Source: the human T2T-CHM13v2.0 reference genome, Homo sapiens. Taken from it: a stretch of DNA of 64,000 bases. This document shows positions 27,901-42,900 of this stretch, one piece after another (position 1 is the first letter of the stretch; each line of letters begins with the position of its first letter). The translations under genes and the position numbers were made by a program. The stretch is from NCBI RefSeq assembly GCF_009914755.1, contig NC_060925.1. One strand, written 5' to 3'. Under the pieces are notes generated by a model. The model was not told where the DNA came from. It saw only the letters and a list, made by a program, of their open reading frames with translations, and did no database searches.

Positions 27901-30900
27901 ACAATCATCGAATGGACTCAAATGGAATTATCCTCAAATGGAATCGAATGGAATTATCGAATGCAATCGAATGGAATTATCGAATACAATCGAATAGAAT
28001 CATCGAAAGGACTCGAATGGAATCATCGAATGGAATGGAATGGAACAGTCAATGAACTCGAATGGAATCATCATTGAATGGAATCGAATGGAATCATCGA
28101 GTGGAATCGAATGGAATTATGATCAAATGGAATCTAATGGAATCATCATCAAATGGAATCAAAAATAACCATCATCAATTGGTATTGAATGGAATTGTCA
28201 TCAAATGGAATTCAAAGGAATCATCATCAAATGGAACCGAATGGAATCCTCATTGAATGGAAATGAAAGGGGTCATCATCTAATGGAATCGCATGGAATC
28301 ATCATCAAATGGAATCGAATGGAATCATCATCAAATGGAATCTAATGGAATCATTGAACAGAATTGAATGGAATCGTCATCGAATGAATTGAATGCAATC
28401 ATCGAATGGTCTCGAATGGAATCATCTTCTAATGGAAAGGAATGGAATCATCGCATAGAATCGAATGGAATTATCATCGAATGGAATCAAATGGTATCAA
28501 CACCAAACGGAAAAAAACGGAATTATCGAATGGAATCGAAGAGAATCTTCGAACGGACCCGAATGGAATCATCTAATGGAATGGAATGGAATAATCCATG
28601 GACTCGAATGCAATCATCATCGAATGGAATGGAATGGAATCATCGAATGGACTCGAATGGAATAATCATTGAACGGAATCGAATGGAATCATCATCGGAT
28701 GGAAACGAATGGAATCATCATCGAATGGAAATGAAAGGAGTCATCATCTAATGGAATTGCATGGAATCATCATAAAATGGAATCGAATGGAATCAACATC
28801 AAATGGAATCAAATGGAATCATTGAACGGAATTGAATGGAATCGTCATCGAATGAATTGACTGCAATCATCGAATGGTCTCGAATGGAATCATCTTCAAA
28901 TGGAATGGAATGGAATCATCGCATAGAATCGAATGGAATTATCATCGAATGGAATCGAATGGAATCAACATCAAACGGAAAAAAACGGAATTATCGAATG
29001 GAATCGAAGAGAATCATCGAATGGACCCGAATGGAATCATCTAATGGAATGGAATGGAATAATCCATGGACTCGAATGCAATCATCATCGAATGGAATCG
29101 AATGGAATCATCGAATGGACTCGAATGGAATAATCATTGAACGGAATCGAATGGAATCATCATCGGATGGAAATGAATGGAATCATCATCGAATGGAATC
29201 GAATAGAATTATGGAATGAAATCCAGTGTGATCATCATCGAATGGACCCGAATGGAATCATCATCCAACGGAAGCTAATGGAATCAACATCGAATGAATC
29301 GAATGGAAACACCATCGAATTGAAACGAATGGAATTATCATGAAATTGAAATGGATGGACTCATCATCGAATGGATTCGAATGGAATCATCGAATAAAAT
29401 TGATTGAAATCATTATCCAATGGAATCGAATGGTATCATTGAATGGAATCGAATGGAATCATCATCAGATGGAAATGAATGGAATCGTCATAGAATGGAA
29501 TCGAATGGATTCATTGAATGGAATCAGATGGAATCATCGAATGGACTGGAATGGAATCATTGAATGGACTCGAAAGGGATCATGATTGAATGGAATTGAA
29601 TGGAATCATCGAATGGTCTCGATTGGAATCATTATCAAATGGAATCGAATGGAATCACCAAATAGAATCGAATGGAACAATCATCGAATGGACTCAAATG
29701 GAATTATCCTCAAATGGAATCGAATGGAATTATCGAATGCAATCGAATGGAATTATCGAATGCAATCGAATAGAATCATCGAAAGGACTCGAATGGAATC
29801 ATCGAATGGAATGGAATGGAACAGTCAATGAACTCGAATGGAATCATCATTGAATGGAATCGAATGGAATCATCGAGTGGAATCGAATGGAATTATGATC
29901 AAATGGAATCGAATGTAATCATCATCAAATGGAATCAAAAATAACCATCATCAATTGGTATTGAATGGAATTGTCATCAAATGGAATTCAAAGGAATCAT
30001 CATCAAATGGAACCGAATGGAATCCTCATTGAATGGAAATGAAAGGGGTCATCATCTAATGGAATCGCATGGAATCATCATCAAATGGAATCGAATGGAA
30101 TCATCATCAAATGGAATCTAATGGAATCATTGAACAGAATTGAATGGAATCGTCATCGAATGAATTGAATGCAATCATCGAATGGTCTCGAATGGAATCA
30201 TCTTCTAATGGAAAGGAATGGAATCATCGCATAGAATCGAATGGAATTATCATCGAATGGAATCGAATGGTATCAACACCAAACGGAAAAAAACGGAATT
30301 ATCGAATGGAATCGAAGAGAATCTTCGAACGGACCCGAATGGAATCATCTAATGGAATGGAATGGAATAATCCATGGACTCGAATGCAATCATCATCGAA
30401 TGGAATGGAATGGAATCATCGAATGGACTCGAATGGAATAATCATTGAACGGAATCGAATGGAATCATCATCGGATGGAAACGAATGGAATCATCATCGA
30501 ATGGAAATGAAAGGAGTCATCATCTAATGGAATTGCATGGAATCATCATAAAATGGAATCGAATGGAATCAACATCAAATGGAATCAAATGGAATCATTG
30601 AACGGAATTGAATGGAATCGTCATCGAATGAATTGACTGCAATCATCGAATGGTCTCGAATGGAATCATCTTCAAATGGAATGGAATGGAATCATCGCAT
30701 AGAATCGAATGGAATTATCATCGAATGGAATCGAATGGAATCAACATCAAACGGAAAAAAACAGAATTATCGTATGGAATCGAAGAGAATCATCGAATGG
30801 ACCCGAATGGAATCATCTAATGGAATGGAATGGAATAATCCATGGACTCGAATGCAATCATCATCGAATGGAATCGAATGGAATCATCGAATGGACTCGA

Positions 30901-33900
30901 ATGGAATAATCATTGAACGGAATCGAATGGAATCATCATCGGATGGAAATGAATGGAATCATCATCGAATGGAATCGAATAGAATTATGGAATGAAATCC
31001 AGTGTGATCATCATCGAATGGACCCGAATGGAATCATGATCCAACGGAAGCTAATGGAATCAACATCGAATGAATCGAATGGAAACACCATCGAATTGAA
31101 ACGAATGGAATTATCATGAAATTGAAATGGATGGACTCATCATCGAATGGATTCGAATGGAATCATCGAATAAAATTGATTGAAATCATCATCGAATGAA
31201 ATCGAATGGTATCATTGAATGGAATCGAATGGAATCATCATCAGATGGAAATGAATGGAATCGTCATAGAATGGAATCGAATGGATTCATTGAATGGAAT
31301 CAGATGGAATCATCGAATGGACTGGAATGGAATCATTGAATGGACTCGAAAGGGATCATGATTGAATGGAATTGAATGGAATCATCGAATGGTCTCGATT
31401 GGAATCATTATCAAATGGAATCGAATGGAATCACCGAATAGAATCGAATGGAACAATCATCGAATGGACTCAAATGGAATTATCCTCAAATGGAATCGAA
31501 TGGAATTATCGAATGCAATCGAATGGAATTATCGAATGCAATCGAATAGAATCATCGAATGGACTCGAATGGAATCATCGAATGGAATGGAATGGAACAG
31601 TCAATGAACTCGAATGGAATCATCATTGAATGGAATCGAATGGAATCATCGAGTGGAATCGAATGGAATTATGATCAAATGGAATCGAATGTAATCATCA
31701 TCAAATGGAATCAAAAATAACCATCATCAATTGGTATTGAATGGAATTGTCATCAAATGGAATTCAAAGGAATCATCATCAAATGGAACCGAATGGAATC
31801 CTCATTGAATGGAAATGAAAGGGGTCATCATCTAATGGAATCGCATGGAATCATCATCAAATGGAATCGAATGGAATCATCATCAAATGGAATCTAATGG
31901 AATCATTGAACAGAATTGAATGGAATCGTCATCGAATGAATTGAATGCAATCATCGAATGGTCTCGAATGGAATCATCTTCTAATGGAAAGCAATGGAAT
32001 CATCGCATAGAATCGAATGGAATTATCATCGAATGGAATCGAATGGTATCAACACCAAACGGAAAAAAACGGAATTATCGAATGGAATCGAAGAGAATCT
32101 TCGAACGGACCCGAATGGAATCATCTAATGGAATGGAATGGAATAATCCATGGACTCGAATGCAATCATCATCGAATGGAATGGAATGGAATCATCGAAT
32201 GGACTCGAATGGAATAATCATTGAACGGAATCGAATGGAATCATCATCGGATGGAAACGAATGGAATCATCATCGAATGGAAATGAAAGGAGTCATCATC
32301 TAATGGAATTGCATGGAATCATCATAAAATGGAATCGAATGGAATCCACATCAAATGGAATCAAATGGAATCATTGAACGGAATTGAATGGAATCGTCAT
32401 CGAATGAATTGACTGCAATCATCGAATGGGCTCGAATGGAATCATCTTCAAATGGAATGGAATGGAATCATCGCATAGAATCGAATGGAATTATCATCGA
32501 ATGGAATCGAATGGAATCAACATCAAATGGAAAAAAACGGAATTATCGAATGGAATCGAAGAGAATCATCGAATGGACCCGAATGGAATCATCTAATGGA
32601 ATGGAATGGAATAATCCATGGACTCGAATGCAATCATCATCGAATGGAATCGAATGGAATCATCGAATGGACTCGAATGGAATAATCATTGAACGGAATC
32701 GAATGGAATCATCATCGGATGGAAATGAATGGAATCATCATCGAATGGAATCGAATAGAATTATGGAATGAAATCCAGTGTGATCATCATCGAATGGACC
32801 CGAATGGAATCATCATCCAACGGAAGCTAATGGAATCAACATCGAATGAATCGAATGGAAACACCATCGAATTGAAACGAATGGAATTATCATGAAATTG
32901 AAATGGATGGACTCATCATCGAATGGATTCGAATGGAATCATCGAATAAAATTGATTGAAATCATCATCCAATGGAATCGAATGGTATCATTGAATGGAA
33001 TCGAATGGAATCATCATCAGATGGAAATGAATGGAATCGTCATAGAATGGAATCGAATGGATTCATTGAATGGAATCAGATGGAATCATCGAATGGACTG
33101 GAATGGAATCATTGAATGGACTCGAAAGGGATCATGATTGAATGGAATTGAATGGAATCATCGAATGGTCTCGATTGGAATCATTATCAAATGGAATCGA
33201 ATGGAATCACCGAATAGAATCGAATGGAACAATCATCGAATGGACTCAAATGGAATTATCCTCAAATGGAATCGAATGGAATTATCGAATGCAATCGAAT
33301 GGAATTATCGAATGCAATCGAATAGAATCATCGAATGGACTCGAATGGAATCATCGAATGGAATGGAATGGAACAGTCAATGAACTCGAATGGAATCATC
33401 ATTGATTGGAATCGAATGGAATCATCGAGTGGAATCGAATGGAATTATGATCAAATGGAATCGAATGTAATCATCATCAAATGGAATCAAAAATAACCAT
33501 CATCAATTGGTATTGAATGGAATTGTCATCAAATGGAATTCAAAGGAATCATCATCAAATGGAACCGAATGGAATCCTCATTGAATGGAAATGAAAGGGG
33601 TCATCATCTAATGGAATCGCATGGAATCATCATCAAATGGAATCGAATGGAATCATCATCAAATGGAATCTAATGGAATCATTGAACAGAATTGAATGGA
33701 ATCGTCATCGAATGAATTGAATGCAATCATCGAATGGTCTCGAATGGAATCATCTTCTAATGGAAAGGAATGGAATCATCGCATAGAATCGAATGGAATT
33801 ATCATCGAATGGAATCGAATGGTATCAACACCAAACGGAAAAAAACGGAATTATCGAATGGAATCGAAGAGAATCTTCGAACGGACCCGAATGGAATCAT

Positions 33901-36900
33901 CTAATGGAATGGAATGGAATAATCCATGGACTCGAATGCAATCATCATCGAATGGAATCGAATGGAGTCATCGAATGGACTCGAATGGAATAATCATTGA
34001 ACGGAATCGAATGGAATCATCATCGGATGGAAACGAATGGAATCATCATCGAATGGAAATGAAAGGAGTCATCATCTAATGGAATTGCATGGAATCATCA
34101 TAAAATGCAATCGAATGGAATCAACATCAAATGGAATCAAATGGAATCATTGAACGGAATTGAATGGAATCGTCATCGAATGAATTGACTGCAATCATCG
34201 AATGGTCTCGAATGGAATCATCTTCAAATGGAATGGAATGGAATCATCGCATAGAATCGAATGGAATTATCATCGAATGGAATCGAATGGAATCAACATC
34301 AAACGGAAAAAAACAGAATTATCGTATGGAATCGAAGAGAATCATCGAATGGACCCGAATGGAATCATCTAATGGAATGGAATGGAATAATCCATGGACT
34401 CGAATGCAATCATCATCGAATGGAATCGAATGGAATCATCGAATGGACTCGAATGGAATAATCATTGAACGGAATCGAATGGAATCATCATCGGATGGAA
34501 ATGAATGGAATCATCATCGAATGGAATCGAATAGAATTATGGAATGAAATCCAGTGTGATCATCATCGAATGGACCCGAATGGAATCATCATCCAACGGA
34601 AGCTAATGGAATCAACATCGAATGAATCGAATGGAAACACCATCGAATTGAAACGAATGGAATTATCATGAAATTGAAATGGATGGACACATCATCGAAT
34701 GGATTCGAATGGAATCATCGAATAAAATTGATTGAAATCATCATCAAATGGAATCGAATGGTATCATTGAATGGAATCGAATGGAATCATCATCAGATGG
34801 AAATGAATGGAATCGTCATAGAATGGAATCGAATGGATTCATTGAATGGAATCAGATGGAATCATCGAATGGACTGGAATGGAATCATTGAATGGACTCG
34901 AAAGGGATCATTATTGAATGGAATTGAATGGAATCATCGAATGGTCTCGATTGGAATCATTACCAAATGGAATCGAATGGAATCACCGAATAGAATCGAA
35001 TGGAACAATCATCGAATGGACTCAAATGGAATTATCCTCAAATGGAATCGAATGGAATTATCGAATGCAATCGAATGGAATTATCGAATGCAATCGAATA
35101 GAATCATCGAATGGACTCGAATGGAATCATCGAATGGAATGGAATGGAACAGTCAATGAACTCGAATGGAATCATCATTGAATGGAATCGAATGGAATCA
35201 TCGAGTGGAATCGAATGGAATTATGATCAAATGGAATCGAATGTATTCATCATCAAATGGAATCAAAAATAACCATCATCAATTGGTATTGAATGGAATT
35301 GTCATCAAATGGAATTCAAAGGAATCATCATCAAATGGAACCGAATGGAATCCTCATTGAATGGAAATGAAAGGGGTCATCATCTAATGGAATCGCATGG
35401 AATCATCATCAAATGGAATCGAATGGAATCATCATCAAATGGAATCTAATGGAATCATTGAACAGAATTGAATGGAATCGTCATCGAATGAATTGAATGC
35501 AATCATCGAATGGTCTCGAATGGAATCATCTTCTAATGGAAAGGAATGGAATCATCGCATAGAATCGAATGGAATTATCATCGAATGGAATCGAATGGTA
35601 TCAACACCAAACGGAAAAAAACGGAATTATCGAATGGAATCGAAGAGAATCTTCGAACGGACCCGAATGGAATCATCTAATGGAATGGAATGGAATAATC
35701 CATGGACTCGAATGCAATCATCATCGAATGGAATCGAATGGAATCATCGAATGGACTCGAATGGAATAATCATTGAACGGAATCGAATGGAATCATCATC
35801 GGATGGAAATGAATGGAATCATCATCGAATGGAAATGAAAGGAGTCATCATCTAATGGAATTGCATGGAATCATCATAAAATGGAATCGAATGGAATCAA
35901 CATCAAATGGAATCAAATGGAATCATTGAACGGAATTGAATGGAATCGTCATCGAATGAATTGACTGCAATCATCGAATGGTCTCGAATGGAATCATCTT
36001 CAAATGGAATGGAATGGAATCATCGCATAGAATCGAATGGAATTATCATCGAATGGAATCGAATGGAATCAACATCAAACGGAAAAAAACGGAATTATCG
36101 AATGGAATCGAAGAGAATCATCGAATGGACCCGAATGGAATCATCTAATGGAATGGAATGGAATAATCCATGGACTCGAATGCAATCATCATCGAATGGA
36201 ATCGAATGGAATCATCGAATGGACTCGAATGGAATAATCATTGAACGGAATCGAATGGAATCATCATCGGATGGAAATGAATGGAATCATCATCGAATGG
36301 AATCGAATAGAATTATGGAATGAAATCCAGTGTGATCATCATCGAATGGACCCGAATGGAATCATCATCCAACGGAAGCTAATGGAATCAACATCGAATG
36401 AATCGAATGGAAACACCATCGAATTGAAACGAATGGAATTATCATGAAATTGAAATGGATGGACTCATCATCGAATGGATTCGAATGGAATCATCGAATA
36501 AAATTGATTGAAATCATCATGCAATGGAATCGAATGGTATCATTGAATGGAATCGAATGGAATCATCATCAGATGGAAATGAATGGAATCGTCATAGAAT
36601 GGAATCGAATGGATTCATTGAATGGAATCAGATGGAATCATCGAATGGACTGGAATGGAATCATTGAATGGACTCGAAAGGGATCATTATTGAATGGAAT
36701 TGAATGGAATCATCGAATGGTCTCGATTGGAATCATTACCAAATGGAATCGAATGGAATCACCGAATAGAATCGAATGGAACAATCATCGAATGGACTCA
36801 AATGGAATTATCCTCAAATGGAATCGAATGGAATTATCGAATGCAATCGAATGGAATTATCGAATGCAATCGAATAGAATCATCGAATGGACTCGAATGG

Positions 36901-39900
36901 AATCATCGAATGGAATGGAATGGAACAGTCAATGAACTCGAATGGAATCATCATTGAATGGAATCGAATGGAATCATCGAGTGGAATCGAATGGAATTAT
37001 GATCAAATGGAATCGAATGTATTCATCATCAAATGGAATCAAAAATAACCATCATCAATTGGTATTGAATGGAATTGTCATCAAATGGAATTCAAAGGAA
37101 TCATCATCAAATGGAACCGAATGGAATCCTCATTGAATGGAAATGAAAGGGGTCATCATCTAATGGAATCGCATGGAATCATCATCAAATGGAATCGAAT
37201 GGAATCATCATCAAATGGAATCTAATGGAATCATTGAACAGAATTGAATGGAATCGTCATCGAATGAATTGAATGCAATCATCGAATGGTCTCGAATGGA
37301 ATCATCTTCTAATGGAAAGGAATGGAATCATCGCATAGAATCGAATGGAATTATCATCGAATGGAATCGAATGGTATCAACACCAAACGGAAAAAAACGG
37401 AATTATCGAATGGAATCGAAGAGAATCTTCGAACGGACCCGAATGGAATCATCTAATGGAATGGAATGGAATAATCCATGGACTCGAATGCAATCATCAT
37501 CGAATGGAATGGAATGGAATCATCGAATGGACTCGAATGGAATAATCATTGAACGGAATCGAATGGAATCATCATCGGATGGAAACGAATGGAATCATCA
37601 TCGAATGGAAATGAAAGGAGTCATCATCTAATGGAATTGCATGGAATCATCATAAAATGGAATCGAATGGAATCAACCTCAAATGGAATCAAATGGAATC
37701 ATTGAACGGAATTGAATGGAATCGTCATCGAATGAATTGACTGCAATCATCGAATGGTCTCGAATGGAATCATCTTCAAATGGAATGGAATGGAATCATC
37801 GCATAGAATCGAATGGAATTATCATCGAATGGAATCGAATGGAATCAACATCAAACGGAAAAAAACGGAATTATCGAATGGAATCGAAGAGAATCATCGA
37901 ATGGACCCGAATGGAATCATCTAATGGAATGGAATGGAATAATCCATGGACTCGAATGCAATCATCATCGAATGGAATCGAATGGAATCATCGAATGGAC
38001 TCGAATGGAATAATCATTGAACGGAATCGAATGGAATCATCATCGGATGGAAATGAATGGAATCATCATCGAATGGAATCGAATAGAATTATGGAATGAA
38101 ATCCAGTGTGATCATCATCGAATGGACCCGAATGGAATCATCATCCAACGGAAGCTAATGGAATCAACATCGAATGAATCGAATGGAAACACCATCGAAT
38201 TGAAACGAATGGAATTATCATGAAATTGAAATGGATGGACTCATCATCGAATGGATTCGAATGGAATCATCGAATAAAATTGATTGAAATCATCATGCAA
38301 TGGAATCGAATGGTATCATTGAATGGAATCGAATGGAATCATCATCAGATGGAAATGAATGGAATCGTCATAGAATGGAATCGAATGGATTCATTGAATG
38401 GAATCAGATGGAATCATCGAATGGACTGGAATGGAATCATTGAATGGACTCGAAAGGGATCATTATTGAATGGAATTGAATGGAATCATCGAATGGTCTC
38501 GATTGGAATCATTACCAAATGGAATCGAATGGAATCACCGAATAGAATCGAATGGAACAATCATCGAATGGACTCAAATGGAATTATCCTCCAATGGAAT
38601 CGAATGGAATTATCGAATGCAATCGAATGGAATTATCGAATGCAATCGAATAGAATCATCGAATGGACTCGAATGGAATCATCGAATGGAATGGAATGGA
38701 ACAGTCAATGAACTCGAATGGAATCATCATTGAATGGAATCGAATGGAATCATCGAGTGGAATCGAATGGAATTATGATCAAATGGAATCGAATGTATTC
38801 ATCATCAAATGGAATCAAAAATAACCATCATCAATTGGTATTGAATGGAATTGTCATCAAATGGAATTCAAAGGAATCATCATCAAATGGAACCGAATGG
38901 AATCCTCATTGAATGGAAATGAAAGGGGTCATCATCTAATGGAATCGCATGGAATCATCATCAAATGGAATCGAATGGAATCATCATCAAATGGAATCTA
39001 ATGGAATCATTGAACAGAATTGAATGGAATCGTCATCGAATGAATTGAATGCAATCATCGAATGGTCTCGAATGGAATCATCTTCTAATGGAAAGGAATG
39101 GAATCATCGCATAGAATCGAATGGAATTATCATCGAATGGAATCGAATGGTATCAACACCAAACGGAAAAAAACGGAATTATCGAATGGAATCGAAGAGA
39201 ATCTTCGAACGGACCCGAATGGAATCATCTAATGGAATGGAATGGAATAATCCATGGACTCGAATGCAATCATCATCGAATGGAATCGAATGGAATCATC
39301 GAATGGACTCGAATGGAATAATCATTGAACGGAATCGAATGGAATCATCATCGGATGGAAATGAATGGAATCATCATCGAATGGAAATGAAAGGAGTCAT
39401 CATCTAATGGAATTGCATGGAATCATCATAAAATGGAATCGAATGGAATCAACATCAAATGGAATCAAATGGAATCATTGAACGGAATTGAATGGAATCG
39501 TCATCGAATGAATTGACTGCAATCATCGAATGGTCTCGAATGGAATCATCTTCAAATGGAATGGAATGGAATCATCGCATAGAATCGAATGGCATTATCA
39601 TCGAATGGAATCGAATGGAATCAACATCAAACGGAAAAAAACGGAATTATCGAATGGAATCGAAGAGAATCATCGAATGGACCCGAATGGAATCATCTAA
39701 TGGAATGGAATGGAATAATCCATGGACTCGAATGCAATCATCATCGAATGGAATCGAATGGAATCATCGAATGGACTCGAATGGAATAATCATTGAACGG
39801 AATCGAATGGAATCATCATCGGATGGAAATGAATGGAATCATCATCGAATGGAATCGAATAGAATTATGGAATGAAATCCAGTGTGATCATCATCGAATG

Positions 39901-42900
39901 GACCCGAATGGAATCATCATCCAACGGAAGCTAATGGAATCAACATCGAATGAATCGAATGGAAACACCATCGAATTGAAACGAATGGAATTATCATGAA
40001 ATTGAAATGGATGGACTCATCATCGAATGGATTCGAATGGAATCATCGAATAAAATTGATTGAAATCATCATCCAATGGAATCGAATGGTATCATTGAAT
40101 GGAAACGAATGGAATCATCATCAGATGGAAATGAATGGAATCGTCATAGAATGGAATCGAATGGATTCATTGAATGGAATCAGATGGAATCATCGAATGG
40201 ACTGGAATGGAATCATTGAATGGACTCGAAAGGGATCATGATTGAATGGAATTGAATGGAATCATCGAATGGTCTCGATTGGAATCATTATCAAATGGAA
40301 TCGAATGGAATCACCGAATAGAATCGAATGGAACAATCATCGAATGGACTCAAATGGAATTATCCTCCAATGGAATCGAATGGAATTATCGAATGCAATC
40401 GAATGGAATTAACGAATGCAATCGAATAGAATCATCGAATGGACTCGAATGGAATCATCGAATGGAATGGAATGGAACAGTCAATGAACTCGAATGGAAT
40501 CATCATTGAATGGAATCGAATGGAATCATCGAGTGGAATCGAATGGAATTATGATCAAATGGAATCGAATGTAATCATCATCAAATGGAATCAAAAATAA
40601 CCATCATCAATTGGTATTGAATGGAATTGTCATCAAATGGAATTCAAAGGAATCATCATCAAATGGAACCGAATGGAATCCTCATTGAATGGAAATGAAA
40701 GGGGTCATCATCTAATGGAATCGCATGGAATCATCATCAAATGGAATCGAATGGAATCATCATCAAATGGAATCTAATGGAATCATTGAACAGAATTGAA
40801 TGGAATCGTCATCGAATGAATTGAATGCAATCATCGAATGGTCTCGAATGGAATCATCTTCTAATGGAAAGGAATGGAATCATCGCATAGAATCGAATGG
40901 AATTATCATCGAATGGAATCAAATGGTATCAACACCAAACGGAAAAAAACGGAATTATCGAATGGAATCGAAGAGAATCTTCGAACGGACCCGAATGGAA
41001 TCATCTAATGGAATGGAATGGAATAATCCATGGACTCGAATGCAATCATCATCGAATGGAATGGAATGGAATCATCGAATGGACTCGAATGGAATAATCA
41101 TTGAACGGAATCGAATGGAATCATCATCGGATGGAAACGAATGGAATCATCATCGAATGGAAATGAAAGGAGTCATCATCTAATGGAATTGCATGGAATC
41201 ATCATCAAATGGAATCGAATGGAATCAACATCAAATGGAATCAAATGGAATCATTGAACGGAATTGAATGGAATCGTCATCGAATGAATTGACTGCAATC
41301 ATCGAATGGTCTCGAATGGAATCATCTTCAAATGGAATGGAATGGAATCATCGCATAGAATCGAATGGAATTATCATCGAATGGAATCGAATGGAATCAA
41401 CATCAAATGGAAAAAAACGGAATTATCGAATGGAATCGAAGAGAATCATCGAATGGACCCGAATGGAATCATCTAATGGAATGGAATGGAATAATCCATG
41501 GACTCGAATGCAATCATCATCGAATGGAATCGAATGGAATCATCGAATGGACTCGAATGGAATAATCATTGAACGGAATCGAATGGAATCATCATCGGAT
41601 GGAAATGAATGGAATCATCATCGAATGGAATCGAATAGAATTATGGAATGAAATCCAGTGTGATCATCATCGAATGGACCCGAATGGAATCATCATCCAA
41701 CGGAAGCTAATGGAATCAACATCGAATGAATCGAATGGAAACACCATCGAATTGAAACGAATGGAATTATCATGAAATTGAAATGGATGGACTCATCATC
41801 GAATGGATTCGAATGGAATCATCGAATAAAATTGATTGAAATCATCATCCAATGGAATCGAATGGTATCATTGAATGGAAACGAATGGAATCATCATCAG
41901 ATGGAAATGAATGGAATCGTCATAGAATGGAATCGAATGGATTCATTGAATGGAATCAGATGGAATCATCGAATGGACTGGAATGGAATCATTGAATGGA
42001 CTCGAAAGGGATCATGATTGAATGGAATTGAATGGAATCATCGAATGGTCTCGATTGGAATCATTATCAAATGGAATCGAATGGAATCACCGAATAGAAT
42101 CGAATGGAACAATCATCGAATGGACTCAAATGGAATTATCCTCCAATGGAATCGAATGGAATTATCGAATGCAATCGAATGGAATTAACGAATGCAATCG
42201 AATAGAATCATCGAATGGACTCGAATGGAATCATCGAATGGAATGGAATGGAACAGTCAATGAACTCGAATGGAATCATCATTGAATGGAATCGAATGGA
42301 ATCATCGAGTGGAATCGAATGGAATTATGATCAAATGGAATCGAATGTAATCATCATCAAATGGAATCAAAAATAACCATCATCAATTGGTATTGAATGG
42401 AATTGTCATCAAATGGAATTCAAAGGAATCATCATCAAATGGAACCGAATGGAATCCTCATTGAATGGAAATGAAAGGGGTCATCATCTAATGGAATCGC
42501 ATGGAATCATCATCAAATGGAATCGAATGGAATCATCATCAAATGGAATCTAATGGAATCATTGAACAGAATTGAATGGAATCGTCATCGAATGAATTGA
42601 ATGCAATCATCGAATGGTCTCGAATGGAATCATCTTCTAATGGAAAGGAATGGAATCATCGCATAGAATCGAATGGAATTATCATCGAATGGAATCAAAT
42701 GGTATCAACACCAAACGGAAAAAAACGGAATTATCGAATGGAATCGAAGAGAATCTTCGAACGGACCCGAATGGAATCATCTAATGGAATGGAATGGAAT
42801 AATCCATGGACTCGAATGCAATCATCATCGAATGGAATGGAATGGAATCATCGAATGGACTCGAATGGAATAATCATTGAACGGAATCGAATGGAATCAT

